Source: Candidatus Poribacteria bacterium (GTDB taxonomy: Bacteria > Poribacteria > WGA-4E > PCPOR2b). Taken from it: a stretch of DNA of 64,000 bases. The stretch is from the NCBI GenBank assembly GCA_965215015.1, contig OZ244042.1:3328001-3392000 (forward strand), written 5' to 3'. Position 1 is the stretch's first letter, and each line of letters begins with the position of its first letter. The notes under the pieces were generated by a model. It saw only the letters and a program-made list of their open reading frames with translations, did no database searches and was not told where the DNA came from. Below are positions 63,089-64,000 of this stretch, piece after piece. A program made the position numbers and the translations under genes.

Positions 63089-63925
63089 TTAGGGTAATCG
63101 TGCCTGAATAAGGTTGTTCACATTCTGTGTCTCTTGATCAAACTGCTGAATTCCCATCAACAGCGCATTTACCACCTTGTTTTGGTAAGTGGGAGAGTTG
63201 AGTTTTTTGTACTCTGCCTTGTTTGATAGATATCCTAATTCGACCAAAAGGGCTGGCATCTTGGTATCGACAAGGACACGAAAAGGTGCTCGTCTAACCA
63301 TTTTGTCTCGAGCACTTCGATTCCGATTTGGTGCTCCGAGGTGAGACACAAGCACAGATTGGACAATACGAGCGGCTTCCCAACTATATTTTTCGACGCC
63401 TTTCTTATGTAAATTATTGATGATAAAATCAATTGGACTGACGACCTCTTCGTCATTTTCCCATTTGGCTAATTCTGCTGCGAACTTATCGGTCGCGTGT
63501 AAGTTAAAGATATAGCTTTCCAATCCATGAACATGAGTATTAGAATGTGAGTTACAGTGGATGCTGATAAACAGGGTCTGACTCGCTGAGGATTGATTTG
63601 CTAAAAGGGCACGGTCCCTGAGTGAGATCCAACGGTCTGATGATCGAGTGAGGCGAACTTCATATGCCGTTTTTTCCCGAATCAATGCTGCTAGCTTAAG
63701 CGTAATTGCCAAGTTGATGTCTTTTTCAGCTTTGCGTCCTGGACCGACATTACCAGGATCTCTGCCGCCATGTCCAGCATCAAGCACAATCGTATTCAAG
63801 CGAAATGGAGATTTTATTTTAGTTGTAGGTTGGGCGGATTTAGACGCACTTACTGATAACTCTATGGTAGATACGGACAAAAGCACCATCGCCGCAAGGA
63901 TGAGCGATTTCTGAGTTATAGTCAT
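63089..63925 (-). CDS. N-acetylmuramoyl-L-alanine amidase (Amidase_3)
   Basis: Signal peptide, LDAGHGGRDPG, EK, FISIHCN, LVELGY. Confidence 0.92.
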   Translation of the reverse strand: MTITQKSLILAAMVLLSVSTIELSVSASKSAQPTTKIKSPFRLNTIVLDAGHGGRDPGNVGPGRKAEKDINLAITLKLAALIREKTAYEVRLTRSSDRWISLRDRALLANQSSASQTLFISIHCNSHSNTHVHGLESYIFNLHATDKFAAELAKWENDEEVVSPIDFIINNLHKKGVEKYSWEAARIVQSVLVSHLGAPNRNRSARDKMVRRAPFRVLVDTKMPALLVELGYLSNKAEYKKLNSPTYQNKVVNALLMGIQQFDQETQNVNNLIQARLP

Positions 63926-64000
63926 TTTTCCTCTCCAAGCTAGTTTTTAGTGGATCACTATGCCTAAACGTAAGATTCTTGGATCGGTTTCATGAGAATA

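Noticed and set aside
62950-63090. c-di-GMP-I riboswitch-like gggccgcaaa on the minus strand
   Set aside because: No GNRA tetraloop/receptor and no downstream gene in that orientation (convergent gap).

Overview
64 kb of a diderm bacterial chromosome (waaA present). The gene content (PhyH, BNR/Asp-box, CehA/McbA, enolase-superfamily, FlgD-Ig/PorV-like proteins) suggests Candidatus Poribacteria or a similar lineage, but this is inference only. Housekeeping blocks: waaA-trxA, tRNA-Pro-hom-thrC-lysC-yceD-rpmF-fabH-fabD-fabG-acpP-fabF, soxBDAG, purF/purM, amidase. Two things stand out. (1) A modular restriction-modification-like system: one PLD-nuclease/SNF2-helicase gene and three Eco57I-like N6-adenine methyltransferase paralogs. 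The paralogs share the MTase core and a C-terminal tail but carry unrelated variable (specificity) regions. Each ends at a palindromic element of one family, and the orphan paralog sits inside an array of about 9 'gene tail + ~100-bp palindrome' units. (2) A selenoprotein missed by the ORF track: a lipoprotein with an HMA domain (GLT-U-GG-C), an in-frame UGA and an fdhF-like SECIS hairpin. Also present: a homopolymer-frameshifted DUF4340 gene, a T9SS-like PorV/PorP + CTD-protein pair, a TPR pseudogene and several MITE/REP families.
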